Source: a virus (Duplodnaviria > Caudoviricetes). From it: DNA of 64,000 nucleotides. The notes below the pieces were generated by a model. It worked only from the letters and a program-made list of their open reading frames with translations. It was not told the origin of the DNA and searched no databases. The translations under genes and the position numbers were made by a program. The DNA is taken from the IMG/VR virus record IMGVR_UViG_3300005326_000040, positions 96,001-160,000 of that record; one strand, written 5' to 3'. Shown piece by piece: positions 34,041 through 43,961 of the stretch (within the stretch, counting starts at the first letter, position 1; each line of letters starts with the position of its first letter).

Positions 34041-34347
34041 TTTAGTCCGCGTAATTTTTTATCAACCTGACAAAGGGTTGTCGGTTATAGATATAGAGAA
34101 TTTGCGTCCGCCGTTTGAAGTCTTACTTGGACGTTATTATATTGGGACGGACTGGACAAGGCCCCCATCTAAAAGTAAATTTGTATATAGAATTTGTCAC
34201 AAAAGTGATGATGAGTTTTTTGGTAAACATAATTGTATTGTTGGAAAATTGGACACATATGCTGGCGCATTTGTTTCGATGAAGTGTGATGATATTACCT
34301 TTGTTTATGCTGAATTTGAAAAGCTTAAGCAGCGAGAGGGATCATAG
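34018..34347 (+). CDS. DUF3846-like protein
   Basis: VRVIFYQPDKGLSVIDIEN...FVSMKCDDI. Confidence 0.6.
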   Translation: MLKPKPNNLVRVIFYQPDKGLSVIDIENLRPPFEVLLGRYYIGTDWTRPPSKSKFVYRICHKSDDEFFGKHNCIVGKLDTYAGAFVSMKCDDITFVYAEFEKLKQREGS

Positions 34348-34356
34348 GGTAATAAT

Positions 34357-34851
34357 ATGGAAACTCTTCTGATGAGTTCTTGTTTGACAAAGAGTATGTA
34401 TGGGACCGAGCTTACTCCAATCAAATCAATGTTTGGATTTAAGACGGGGCAACTGAAAGTTCAAGAGCGTTTTCCAAAGGCTGGGTGGTATAACCTACAC
34501 GGTGAACGCTTGGGCTGGGGAGACTTGACGGACGCTGACCTGGAAATGGTAAGCCGCAAGATTCCCGAGAAAGAAGTCTTCATTATCTTGTCCGAGTGGA
34601 ATTCTCATTGGAATACTGTTGCAGGTCGTCCTGCTCAGGAAAATGATGCTCCTGGTAAGGAATACATTTTTGAACATCTCTTGTGCTTTATTGTAGCCGG
34701 AGCAATTTATACCGTATCTCCATATCAACATCTTGAACCCGTACTGGAAGAAGTTCGCGGGTGGTTGAATGTAAGTCTCCCAGTATATCACATTGATCGA
34801 GAATCAGCGGTAGCTTTGATTGAAAAATTGATTTCCGCTGGTGAAAATTGA
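34357..34851 (+). CDS. hypothetical protein (GWYNLHGERLGWGDL)
   Basis: 164-aa ORF. Confidence 0.8.
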   Translation: METLLMSSCLTKSMYGTELTPIKSMFGFKTGQLKVQERFPKAGWYNLHGERLGWGDLTDADLEMVSRKIPEKEVFIILSEWNSHWNTVAGRPAQENDAPGKEYIFEHLLCFIVAGAIYTVSPYQHLEPVLEEVRGWLNVSLPVYHIDRESAVALIEKLISAGEN

Positions 34852-34998
34852 AAAGCCTGTAATTTAGAATAAGAACCAAAAATACGTTCGTCTTGTAGCG
34901 GCTAAAGGGGATTGTGTTCTTTTAGGTCCGGTGGTATTAAGGGCATCCTTGATGCACAAACCAACTGAACCAAAAAGAATATCAAGTGGGGGTCAATC

Positions 34999-35241
34999 GT
35001 GAAGTACAACGTGTTTCAACTCGCATCGTTCAATGTAGATGTTCTGGGTTGTAACGACAATGGTCCAACAGTGAACAAAAAGTATCTTCAGGAAATCCAA
35101 GTTAATGTGGAGGCTAAGGATATCAATGAACTTCTAATTAAATTTGATGCTCATATTGGGACTGTGGTCGTCGATGAATATAAAGAGGCTTGTATCTTTA
35201 GTGCTGTCGGTTGGACCAAAATAGAAATCGTAGGGCAATAA
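34999..35241 (+). CDS. hypothetical protein
   Basis: GTG start after GGGGG. Confidence 0.55.
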   Translation: MKYNVFQLASFNVDVLGCNDNGPTVNKKYLQEIQVNVEAKDINELLIKFDAHIGTVVVDEYKEACIFSAVGWTKIEIVGQ

Positions 35242-35699
35242 TGAGTAATCCTGACTTTTCAAGTTTTTCTCCTTTCGTGACAGCAACGGTAACTTCGGGC
35301 AGAGCCAAGCAACGCTCCTTTTCAAATATCGGGTTTAGTGTCCGTGTGTTTCTAACGGACAACAATATTGATTTTGAACGCAACACGCTTTACAATCTCG
35401 ACATTCATTATCTTCAGCCTGGGGCTGCTAAATCAAGGCACATCAATAAGATTAGTGAGCCAGAAAGGACAACGCTCAAAAAGAAAATCAACGAATCAAT
35501 TGTGGAGCCTTATCTTAGTGCTGTTACTTATTATAATGTTCCTGCTGATGTACTGAATAGTTTTATCCTTAATTTGATTGCGCTTGATGAAGGCAAAACT
35601 TTTCATGAAAACGAAAAGCCTTGTAAGCTTTGTAAGCGTAAGAATTATTCTTATGAAAAGATGTGTTGGTGGTGTGGTATTTCTGACCCTGTTGAGTAA
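35241..35699 (+). CDS. hypothetical protein with C-terminal zinc ribbon
   Basis: CKLC..CWWC; YYNVPADVLNSFI resembles CPGPWMT core. Confidence 0.75.
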   Translation: MSNPDFSSFSPFVTATVTSGRAKQRSFSNIGFSVRVFLTDNNIDFERNTLYNLDIHYLQPGAAKSRHINKISEPERTTLKKKINESIVEPYLSAVTYYNVPADVLNSFILNLIALDEGKTFHENEKPCKLCKRKNYSYEKMCWWCGISDPVE

Positions 35700-35722
35700 C
35701 TCAAAGTGAGAATAAGAATATC

Positions 35723-36199
35723 ATGAAGACAAGCGTAATGACTCTTGGTATGGTTGTCGATGAGTTGGCAGATGCTCTTCGAGATGACACTAATGTTCAA
35801 GCCATTGGAATGAAGCAAGCGGCTGATGTGCTTGTTATTTATCTCAATCAAAATCATCCAAGTAATAGCACGCCATATCCGAACCGTTTTAAAGGATATG
35901 ATGTTGAAGTGATTGTTTTGGGCCAGATGTCTCCCGCTGCTGATAGTACCCCTCGACTTCGCGAATATATTTTGTCGGTGGCAGAATATCATCGTCAAAA
36001 CTATAAAGTTGACGCTATTTCTCTTAGGGAAGCTGTAAAGAAATTTGAAGCAGGAGAAAGTGAGACTTTGGATGATGCTTTGGAATATGTAAGTGTTGAT
36101 GATACCAGAGGGTATAACGGAATTATTGAAGCTGAAACAGTTGTTGACGAACAGGTTGTTCATTATTTCACTGATGACATTCGCAAGGTAATGACATGA
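35723..36199 (+). CDS. hypothetical protein
   Basis: 158-aa ORF. Confidence 0.8.
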   Translation: MKTSVMTLGMVVDELADALRDDTNVQAIGMKQAADVLVIYLNQNHPSNSTPYPNRFKGYDVEVIVLGQMSPAADSTPRLREYILSVAEYHRQNYKVDAISLREAVKKFEAGESETLDDALEYVSVDDTRGYNGIIEAETVVDEQVVHYFTDDIRKVMT

Positions 36200-36717
36200 G
36201 TGACCTATTGTCGGTTCCGTGGAAGCCTGAGTATACGGCAGTTACGGATATTCCTCCTGGTAAGCAAATGGCTTTTGTTGGTTTCTCCGGGATGGTTGGC
36301 AAATATACATTTAGATTGCATGTGCGGCACACTGCAAACCTGCTTCATTTTCATTTGCCTTTTGACACCTGGGATAAGGTAGAAAGATTCTTCAACGTAT
36401 CTGTTGAAGAAAAGAACTACAATTACAAGAGAAGTTTCAGAGAGCACAGATTCGAGTGTGAAATAACTGATTCTGGCGCCAATTTGGATCCTACCAAAGA
36501 AGCAATTGTAATTCCGGCGCCTCATGTTGTGCCATACGCTTGCCTTAGTAGAGATAATTTGGCTTCGTTTATTAGATATGTTGTTGGTGAAATCGAATGG
36601 GGATTTTTGAAGGCTGATGGCCGAGGCGGATTTTGTGAAAAGTGCAAGCTATATGACCGATATGCTAGTAGAAACAAAATTGGTCAAGTAGTTTGTTACC
36701 GATGTTTTGATCGATGA
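36196..36717 (+). CDS. hypothetical protein with C-terminal CxxC..YD.YA..CYxC finger
   Basis: tail GFCEKCKLYDRYA...VCYRC. Confidence 0.8.
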   Translation: MSDLLSVPWKPEYTAVTDIPPGKQMAFVGFSGMVGKYTFRLHVRHTANLLHFHLPFDTWDKVERFFNVSVEEKNYNYKRSFREHRFECEITDSGANLDPTKEAIVIPAPHVVPYACLSRDNLASFIRYVVGEIEWGFLKADGRGGFCEKCKLYDRYASRNKIGQVVCYRCFDR

Positions 36718-36847
36718 ATATTTGCCAGCGATCTTATAGGACGCTAGGCATGATAAGATCGGGAATGGAGTTGTCAGCCGCATTGTATTTCGATATTTGA
36801 TTTTGATAAGTGTTATTAACTTGTTCGGATAAATGCGAGAGAAAACA

Positions 36848-37405
36848 ATGAATCGGTCTACCAACGTTTCCAAGTCCAAGTCACAGTCTGTTCCTCCTGT
36901 TGTTCCTGCTGTGGACCCTGCTTTGGTTGCTGCTGTTGCAGCGACGCTTCAGGTCATGCAGGCTTCTGGGCAATTCAATGTGTTCCAGGGGGTTGCTGCG
37001 GCTCCTCCCATTCCTTCTGTTCCTTCTATTGCTGCGCCGAAGTTGACGGGGCAGAAGAAGCAGCAGCAGAAGAAGCAGGCAGCGCCGCGAAGCGTTGCTG
37101 GGAAGGAGGAGCTTGTGTTGACGCCTTACTTCCACGCCAATGAAGGCGAAAGCCGTTTGGCAATTCTTGCTCCGGTTGGAAGGGGTAAGGCTCTTGTGCC
37201 GTCGCATCTTACGGAAGCGCACCATCAGAATGGGAAGGTGTTGACCTTGGAACGCTTCCGAAAGAATTCTGTTTGGTACTTGAACATCAGGCCGCTGGTC
37301 GTGGTCAACGGTGTTCAGGCCCTGGGGCTTCGGTTGATTGACAATGTTGTGGTGACAAATGCAAATATGAATGCTGAATTTGCAAGAGTAAAGAAGATGA
37401 TGTAG
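36848..37405 (+). CDS. Ala/Pro/Gln-rich hypothetical protein
   Basis: GQKKQQQKKQAAP motif, cf. 14750. Confidence 0.85.
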   Translation: MNRSTNVSKSKSQSVPPVVPAVDPALVAAVAATLQVMQASGQFNVFQGVAAAPPIPSVPSIAAPKLTGQKKQQQKKQAAPRSVAGKEELVLTPYFHANEGESRLAILAPVGRGKALVPSHLTEAHHQNGKVLTLERFRKNSVWYLNIRPLVVVNGVQALGLRLIDNVVVTNANMNAEFARVKKMM

Positions 37406-37418
37406 GCTTCAACGAAGC

Positions 37419-37455
37419 GGGGGAAGCGCTGGGTTCAGTGCTTCCCCTTGTCTTC
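37419..37455 (+). terminator. intrinsic terminator
   Basis: GGGGAAGCGCTG-GGTT-CAGTGCTTCCCC then TTGTCTTCT. Confidence 0.7.
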
Positions 37456-37481
37456 TGGCGAATCTTTGTGTGGAGAATAAA

Positions 37482-37907
37482 ATGTCTAAAGATAATTGGC
37501 ATAAATATTCTGCTTTGAACGGGCATATTTATAAGAAGTCTAAGGATTGTTTTGCTTCCGAATTCGGTCCATCCAAGACGAATCCGAACATTAACGTTTT
37601 CAAGGTTATCGGTGTGAAATGTCTTCGATGCGGTCATACCTTGACAGAATGTAAGGAACCAAACGACATTGTAAATTGTAAAGAGTGTGGCCTACGTGTA
37701 TGGCTTTCTGAGTGCGGGGATTTTCTTTGGGGGAAAGAATCCGATGAGCGGATTGCTTACTTCAAAGAAGTCAACAGCAGAATCGAACGAGAGAACCAGG
37801 AAAGAGCGGACGTTCAAGAAGAAGCAAGAAGTTTGTTTGCGAAGCTGACGCGCGAAAAAGCCGAATATATTTCCAAATATAACTACATGATTCGGACAAA
37901 CAATTAG
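37482..37907 (+). CDS. zinc-ribbon protein (CLRC..CKEC), resembles 6281
   Basis: GGAGA RBS. Confidence 0.75.
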   Translation: MSKDNWHKYSALNGHIYKKSKDCFASEFGPSKTNPNINVFKVIGVKCLRCGHTLTECKEPNDIVNCKECGLRVWLSECGDFLWGKESDERIAYFKEVNSRIERENQERADVQEEARSLFAKLTREKAEYISKYNYMIRTNN

Positions 37908-37975
37908 GAAGGCAAGATGCAACCAATAGGTTACAGAATCAGAACGCCTCCTACTAACGATACGGGATAGGATAG

Positions 37976-38269
37976 ATGCGCCAACTGGAAAAGCAAGTGT
38001 CTGAAATTCTGTTTTCACATGACCCCATGAAACGATGCTCTAAGAATTCAACAGAGTATCGTAACGAAGCCTATGAAATTGTAAATCTACTCAACAAGGA
38101 AGACACTGTTGATGAAGTTCTAGAGAAGCTTCATTCAGTTCTTGTGAAGTTTTTCGATCATAGCTTCGACTTGAGAAGTGATAAGATTGTTTTCGTTGGT
38201 GGCAATGTTGTTTCCAAAAATCATTATTTGGAAATCGCTAAAGCTATCCACACAGTAATGAGTGCTTGA
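37976..38269 (+). CDS. DUF1871-like protein
   Basis: HDPM....EYRNEAYEIV...F..SF. Confidence 0.6.
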   Translation: MRQLEKQVSEILFSHDPMKRCSKNSTEYRNEAYEIVNLLNKEDTVDEVLEKLHSVLVKFFDHSFDLRSDKIVFVGGNVVSKNHYLEIAKAIHTVMSA

Positions 38270-38302
38270 TTTTTTACAGAAGAAAGGGAGAGCAGAAATG
38301 TC

Positions 38303-38812
38303 ATGGCAGAAGAATATTCATTTCCTGAGGGAATTCATGACGCCTGTGAGCTAGCGTTAAGTCGGGGCTATCTCGGTAAGAGACTTTCGGAACTGGTCAA
38401 AGACGAAATCTTTGACGGGACACAAGATATCTTTTGTTGCTTCTGCAAGAGAACGCTAAGTAGAACAGAAGCTTCTATTGAACACGTTACGCCAAAGTCC
38501 GAAGCAGACTACGTTATCAAGAACCATCTTGATAATCTTGCAATATCTTGCAAGAGATGTAACAGCGAGCGAGCAGTTGCTGACTTTCATCTCTTCAAGC
38601 GTTATGCGCAAAGCAATTCAAAGTTCGACCCGCCAGAAGGTTGCAAGGAATATTCTAAGCAAAAGAAGCTAGAGCAGCTTACTATCCATACAGTTGGCGT
38701 AATTTACAATATGTATACTGATGATGGGAAAACTGTCGCTGAAATTGCAGACAAACTAAATATAAGTAAGAAGACAGTAAAAAGAGTTCTTTACGCCTAC
38801 GGCGTGATTTAA
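38303..38812 (+). CDS. HNH endonuclease with C-terminal HTH
   Basis: CCFC...IEHVTPKS...NLAISCKRCNSER; TVAEIADKLNISKKTV. Confidence 0.85.
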   Translation: MAEEYSFPEGIHDACELALSRGYLGKRLSELVKDEIFDGTQDIFCCFCKRTLSRTEASIEHVTPKSEADYVIKNHLDNLAISCKRCNSERAVADFHLFKRYAQSNSKFDPPEGCKEYSKQKKLEQLTIHTVGVIYNMYTDDGKTVAEIADKLNISKKTVKRVLYAYGVI

Positions 38813-38840
38813 TTTCTAAACATCTACGCAGGCAGTCATC

Positions 38841-39464
38841 ATGAGCAATACACACATCATCCAACAGTTTGCTTCGGTTGCAGGGCAGAGTGATATCGAT
38901 AGAGTTATTGCCAGTAAGGAAATGGTAGAAGCCGCTAAGTCGGCCTTCCATCAAGGCATGGCCGGGCTAATTCGTTCTTTTCTTCAGCAGGTTGGAGGAA
39001 TGAACGAAAACGATATGGCCGAATTCGTGAAGAACTATTTGATTTCAAACGAATCGCCTGTTGCCGCAGCCATCACAACGGCTCTTGCTCAGCAGCAGAC
39101 CTCACAGGTTTCTCAAACGACTGAGACGAGAACGCACACAAATTCCAATGGCGTTGAACTGTTTGAGTCAACCAGTGGAAGGAAATTTCCGTGGATTCAG
39201 GATAGGACGGTTATGGCTACAGCGTCTGACCTTAATGGGATTGTGGTTCCGCCAGTTATTCGAGAGCGAGCAATTGCTGCTCTGTCAAGTCGAGACGGGC
39301 TGGAACTAGGTGAAGTTATTTCTGCCGTTGGTTTGGATGTCCAAAGCAATACCGATAAGCAATTGGTTCGAGCGTGTCTCCGGAGTCTTGCCAGAGACGG
39401 TAAGATTCAAGGCACTGAGGGTATGCGCCGAGGCAAGCGGTATCGACTTGTGGTTCAGTCATAA
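38841..39464 (+). CDS. protein with C-terminal winged-helix DNA-binding domain
   Basis: IAALSSRDGLELGEV...LRSLARDGKIQGTEGMRRGKRY. Confidence 0.6.
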   Translation: MSNTHIIQQFASVAGQSDIDRVIASKEMVEAAKSAFHQGMAGLIRSFLQQVGGMNENDMAEFVKNYLISNESPVAAAITTALAQQQTSQVSQTTETRTHTNSNGVELFESTSGRKFPWIQDRTVMATASDLNGIVVPPVIRERAIAALSSRDGLELGEVISAVGLDVQSNTDKQLVRACLRSLARDGKIQGTEGMRRGKRYRLVVQS

Positions 39465-39504
39465 TTGAAAATTCAAAACTGATAGCCGCAACAAAGGTAT
39501 AGTA

Positions 39505-40179
39505 ATGCCTAATACTCAAAATCTTCCTGTTGTTGAACTTCAACAGGCTCTCGACTCTTGTCTCGATGCGTTGATGGCAACTGGAGTAGAGGTAGAGTCT
39601 TACGAGCTTTTCCACCATCTCAATGATACGTCAGTAGCTCGATTCTTTAGAATGGTGCAGATTGAAGGAGAAGAGGCGCCCGTTCATAGGACGCCTATTG
39701 TTAAGTACAAGCATCATACCGAAGATTATTTTGAGCGCGCAGGCATGGAGCTTCGCTCTGCTCCTTATAAGGATTACACCGAAAAGGAAAATGCGGAGCC
39801 GGAGCTTCAGGAAGGAACGCATTCTTTCGCGGATGTTTGTGCGATGTTTGAGCTTTATTGTAGATGCATGTTTGTTTCCGGGCGAAACAAGTGGGCAGAA
39901 TTTTCAGCCATTCGGCGGCGCTATCGTCGGCGGTTGGAATCCATGATCGTTCCCGTAATTCTTTTCAAGCAGTTGGAAAGAGAAGCTCTTTTCAAAAACA
40001 AGAATGGAAACAGCGCGGAATTCAAGAGGCGGCAAAAGATTATGTATATTCCTGACATCGGGGATAGACTGTATCATACGCCGCTAGTTGTGCTTCAAGC
40101 ATTTGATTTCGGCATGACCGACGAAGACGCCAAGGCAAAGACCCAGGAGATTTGGGCGGAGGCAAGAAAAAGTAAATAG
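39505..40179 (+). CDS. hypothetical protein
   Basis: 224-aa ORF. Confidence 0.85.
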   Translation: MPNTQNLPVVELQQALDSCLDALMATGVEVESYELFHHLNDTSVARFFRMVQIEGEEAPVHRTPIVKYKHHTEDYFERAGMELRSAPYKDYTEKENAEPELQEGTHSFADVCAMFELYCRCMFVSGRNKWAEFSAIRRRYRRRLESMIVPVILFKQLEREALFKNKNGNSAEFKRRQKIMYIPDIGDRLYHTPLVVLQAFDFGMTDEDAKAKTQEIWAEARKSK

Positions 40180-40263
40180 ATCTTTTTGGAGTTGAAAAAC
40201 TTCGGTGTAGGGTGGCTTCGTGACCGTCGTTGAGGATATTATAACCTTGAGCTGAGGTTAATT

Positions 40264-41835
40264 TTGAAATTAACAAGACATTCTAAAGGTATGGTGTATT
40301 GGACAAATGCGGCTGGGTATACCTATCGATTAAATACAATTAAGTTTCCTGCGTCCAGTACTTATTGGCTGCTTGATAATTGTTTGACTTGGTTGAGTTC
40401 GTCTCCTTCTCTTAAGAACTTTCATATTTATTTAGATGTATTCATCAAGAATCTTAATGACATTGTAAATGCTAGGAGTTCAGAGCAGGAACGTGCTTTG
40501 CCTGATTTTGTCGGTTACTATATAAATGCAATTGATAAAATATGTCATCAACCCCAACTTCATTTTACGGCGGTTGACATCAAAGAAATTGATGATAAGC
40601 TCGAATCATTCTTGCGGCCATTTAGTTCTACAGTTAATGTTCTCGAAGAAAAAGTAGAAACCGTTGAACTACAAAAAAAAGGGGCAACGGTTGCAACAGA
40701 TTATAATAAGGCTGGAGTAAAAAAGGAAAAGAAAATGCCAGACGCTTCAACGAGGCTCTTCAAGCTAGAAAGAGACTCATATACTAGTAAGTATGTTTAT
40801 ACGAATCCTGCCACGAGGGAAAAGGCAGCGACAAGAGGTTTTGTCAAAACTGTTCCTGATACGGAAAAAACGACAAAGATGGCGGATCGTTTTTTCGAAC
40901 ACATTGCTAACAATAAACCGACTCAGTGGAATCCTGTCATCAATGAATTGATGGGATACTTGGCAAGATTTGAACGTCCGTTGACGCCTGCTCTGATGGA
41001 TGTTATCCATGAGATTGCAGTCAAGAGACCTGACGGGAAGTATGATGAGGCGTTGCTCAATGCTGTCAGATTGAGTGAAAATTACTATGCGCCTTATATT
41101 AGTAAGCCGCCTTCGGATGAAACAGAAGACGGACCTAAGCCTATTTCTGTTCCATCGTTTGTTAGTGCTGCTGCGCCTGTTGCTGTTGCTGCCGCCGCTG
41201 CTGCTCCTATTGCTGCTAAGGTTGCCCCTATGCCTGCGAAGAAGGAAGAAAATACCATGCCTAATAATACTACTGCTACCGGCTCCTCCACTCTCATGAA
41301 TCGCGTTTGGGAAGAAGCCAAGAAGAATGCTGCGGACGGTGCTTGGCAGACGGCTGCTCACCAGACGGTGCTGACTCTTCGTGAGCCGACGATCGCTGCT
41401 CTCGAAGCTAAGTTCGGTTCGTCCATCGTTGCTGGAATCTTGGGCGAAGCGTTGAAGACGGAGATTGGCGAAGCTGGTTTCGCCCTTCTTCTGGGAACTG
41501 CGATCAGTGGTCTTTCGACGCAGCTTCCGCCGTCGGTCGGTAAGAACCCGAAGGTGATCAGGCTTGCCGCAGAACTGCGCAAGTTTGGTTTCTACAAGGG
41601 CAGCTTGTTCATGACTGAACTGCTTATGCTGCCGCTTCGCAGCAAGATCCTTGAACTGCTGAAGGATCTTCCCGAAGTGGAAGAGCAGACCGAAGAGCAG
41701 GAGCATCAGTTGAACATGGGCTCGGTGAGGGTCGGCGCGAGCAGTGGGGAATACGAAGCCATGCGTTCCGCTCAGGCTGAACGAGAAGCAGAAATGGAGA
41801 GGATGGCGGCGCCGAAGAAGACTGCCACCATGTAA
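40264..41835 (+). CDS. 523-aa composite hypothetical protein (possible internal starts 40735, 41257)
   Basis: TTG start with GAGG; AT-rich 5' part, GC-richer 3' part. Confidence 0.8.
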   Translation: MKLTRHSKGMVYWTNAAGYTYRLNTIKFPASSTYWLLDNCLTWLSSSPSLKNFHIYLDVFIKNLNDIVNARSSEQERALPDFVGYYINAIDKICHQPQLHFTAVDIKEIDDKLESFLRPFSSTVNVLEEKVETVELQKKGATVATDYNKAGVKKEKKMPDASTRLFKLERDSYTSKYVYTNPATREKAATRGFVKTVPDTEKTTKMADRFFEHIANNKPTQWNPVINELMGYLARFERPLTPALMDVIHEIAVKRPDGKYDEALLNAVRLSENYYAPYISKPPSDETEDGPKPISVPSFVSAAAPVAVAAAAAAPIAAKVAPMPAKKEENTMPNNTTATGSSTLMNRVWEEAKKNAADGAWQTAAHQTVLTLREPTIAALEAKFGSSIVAGILGEALKTEIGEAGFALLLGTAISGLSTQLPPSVGKNPKVIRLAAELRKFGFYKGSLFMTELLMLPLRSKILELLKDLPEVEEQTEEQEHQLNMGSVRVGASSGEYEAMRSAQAEREAEMERMAAPKKTATM

Positions 41836-41838
41836 CAA

Positions 41839-42198
41839 ATGCCGCTTCCAACGCTTGACGAATTTATCACGAAATTGTTAGCGGTAGGGAAGTGGACTTC
41901 GCCTAACAATTCGTGGGTTAGGGCCTCTGGGTTCACGGGCTTCTATGCCCGTGTTACCCAGAGGGTTATTGAAAACAAAATGTGTTGGCCTGTCCTAGAT
42001 ATTGCCAACATCGAGGTTGCGCGTAAAGGAAAGGGAACTTTTACCAACCTCATCCTGCGGCTTCGTAAGGACTACCCGGCACTTACTATCTACGTTGAAT
42101 GTGTAATGACGGAGAAATTCTGTCAGCATTTGCGGAAGATGGGGTTCAAGGAAGTGCCGGGTACTCCGAACAGTTTCTATATGCTTCCAGATAAATAA
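41839..42198 (+). CDS. GNAT-like protein
   Basis: LDIANIEVARKGKGTF...LRKMGF. Confidence 0.6.
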   Translation: MPLPTLDEFITKLLAVGKWTSPNNSWVRASGFTGFYARVTQRVIENKMCWPVLDIANIEVARKGKGTFTNLILRLRKDYPALTIYVECVMTEKFCQHLRKMGFKEVPGTPNSFYMLPDK

Positions 42199-42251
42199 GA
42201 GGTCACGTATTAGATAATGTTTGACTTTGAGCATTTTAGATAGGAACTGTC

Positions 42252-43391
42252 ATGGCTGAAGACAAAAAGCAAAAAGGTAATTCACCGTCTACTCTTGCAA
42301 CCGGTGTATTTTTCACCGAATTTGTAAGAGAACTTTGGGCGGAAAATCATATGCCTGCTAAGGCGCTTGCCTTGCTGACTGAAGATCTTAATATTGATGA
42401 GCTTGATGCTATTGAAATTCTTACTGGCACGCTGAAAATTGCGGGAGATAATGGTCAGTATAGTTTGGTGGATGACAACTCAACAAAGAGTCCGAATGGA
42501 ATTGACCTTCCTTCCGTTCTTGAAATGTTTCAGTATGTAGAAAGCGAAAAGAAAAACAAGAAAGAGAAGGAAAAGGAAAAGGAAAAGGAAAAGGAGAGCA
42601 AGCCAGACTTGTTCACCTGTGAGGATTGCGGACATGACATTATGCAGCACGGTGGCTCCTGGGGCTCTATGTGCTTCATCAGGCATTGTTCCTGTGACGG
42701 ATTCAGGGCGGAACTTAATAGAAAAGAAAAGAAAGGAGCTAGTTCGAGCAGCACTGCTAGTAGCACAACAACCAGTCAACAGTCATCGGTGGTGCAAACT
42801 GTGACTCATACAACCAAGCCTGCTTCGCAGCCTTCTACGGCTGTTTCGACAACCGCTGCAAAGACTCCACCAAAGCCTAGGGGGCTCAGGTTGGTAGAGA
42901 CTTTTGATGACCATGGAAATCCTGCGCCCAATCGTGTTGGGAATGTCGCGGCAACAAGCTGCTGGGTTGAGACTAGTGGCGGATATGTCCTGAGGTTCAA
43001 AGGAGATATTCCGAGCAACTATAATTATTCCAGCGGCGCTGGGGCTTCTCAGTACTATGGCAGCTATAGCGGATATACTGAACCGAAACCGGACCCGAAA
43101 CATCCACCAGAAGCAATATGTAAGTGTGGACACAGCTACGAACGACACTCGCCGTACACCAACGCTTGGTGTCGAGAAGTAAAGTGTCCTTGCAATCGTT
43201 TCGACTTGAAGCCGCAGGAGCCTACAACAGCGACTGCTCCCGCTACTGCTACAACGCCGCTGTTGCCAGCAACCACTTCATCTCAAGAAGAAGTGACACA
43301 GGAAATCACAATTCCTACGACTATTCCTGCTCCTCCTCCAGTCGAGGACAAGGAACCTTCTGTTGTTGATGCGACAGCAGCATTGAAGTAA
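42252..43391 (+). CDS. low-complexity protein with two CxCxH..HxxxC..CxC fingers
   Basis: CEDCGH..H...C..CSC and CKCGH..H...C..CPC; KE repeat. Confidence 0.85.
   Translation: MAEDKKQKGNSPSTLATGVFFTEFVRELWAENHMPAKALALLTEDLNIDELDAIEILTGTLKIAGDNGQYSLVDDNSTKSPNGIDLPSVLEMFQYVESEKKNKKEKEKEKEKEKESKPDLFTCEDCGHDIMQHGGSWGSMCFIRHCSCDGFRAELNRKEKKGASSSSTASSTTTSQQSSVVQTVTHTTKPASQPSTAVSTTAAKTPPKPRGLRLVETFDDHGNPAPNRVGNVAATSCWVETSGGYVLRFKGDIPSNYNYSSGAGASQYYGSYSGYTEPKPDPKHPPEAICKCGHSYERHSPYTNAWCREVKCPCNRFDLKPQEPTTATAPATATTPLLPATTSSQEEVTQEITIPTTIPAPPPVEDKEPSVVDATAALK
42567..42595 (+). repeat. (AAGGAA)n microsatellite encoding KEKEKE
   Basis: about 5 units read directly. Confidence 0.85.
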
Positions 43392-43400
43392 TCTGGCTGG

Positions 43401-43461
43401 TGCAATTATGCAGGTGGTGAGTCTTGGTTTCACACGAGGCTCATCATCTGCATAATCTGCA
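43401..43461 (+). other. 22-bp hairpin with 4 G.U pairs (processing site or terminator)
   Basis: ATTATGCAGGTGGTGAGTCTTG-GTTTCACA-CGAGGCTCATCATCTGCATAAT. Confidence 0.75.
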
Positions 43462-43514
43462 TTTGCTCATTCAATCTTTTTGCCCATATAAATTCAAGAT
43501 GATAGCGTTCAGTC

Positions 43515-43961
43515 ATGAGCGCGATAACTATTTCAAAAAAGAAGATCGCCGATATTCTTGAAGATAAAGAGTTGCTTTCAGAAATTTACAAATTGACTCT
43601 TCAACCTTCTGATGGTGGTCATGGTTCAATGATGCGAAAGCATCTCTATAGGTGGAAAGACCAGAAGAATCCACCTAAGAAAACCGTGGCATTTCTTATC
43701 AGCGATGATGATAGGTTGATTGGCTGGAGTTTGTTGACGGGTTATGGTTGGTTCCAAGTATACGTTGAACAAACTTATAGGCAGCAAGGAGTTGGTACAT
43801 CGCTGGTAAAGTTTGCGAAGGACTATTGTAAACAACACAATCGTAATTTCTACGTTACGCCATGGGATGAGCGGTCAAGAATGTTTTTTGAAAACCTTGG
43901 CTTTGAACTGGCGGGCAAAAATTGTAGAGATTTACTTAAGTATAAGGAGAAACAATTATGA
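43515..43961 (+). CDS. GNAT-family acetyltransferase
   Basis: VYVEQTYRQQGVGTSLV...FFENLGF. Confidence 0.8.
   Translation: MSAITISKKKIADILEDKELLSEIYKLTLQPSDGGHGSMMRKHLYRWKDQKNPPKKTVAFLISDDDRLIGWSLLTGYGWFQVYVEQTYRQQGVGTSLVKFAKDYCKQHNRNFYVTPWDERSRMFFENLGFELAGKNCRDLLKYKEKQL

Noticed and set aside
35860-35895. PYPN inside ORF 35723-36199 as a third leader-peptide copy
   Set aside because: It is internal to a CDS, continues RF rather than WF-stop, and has no RBS
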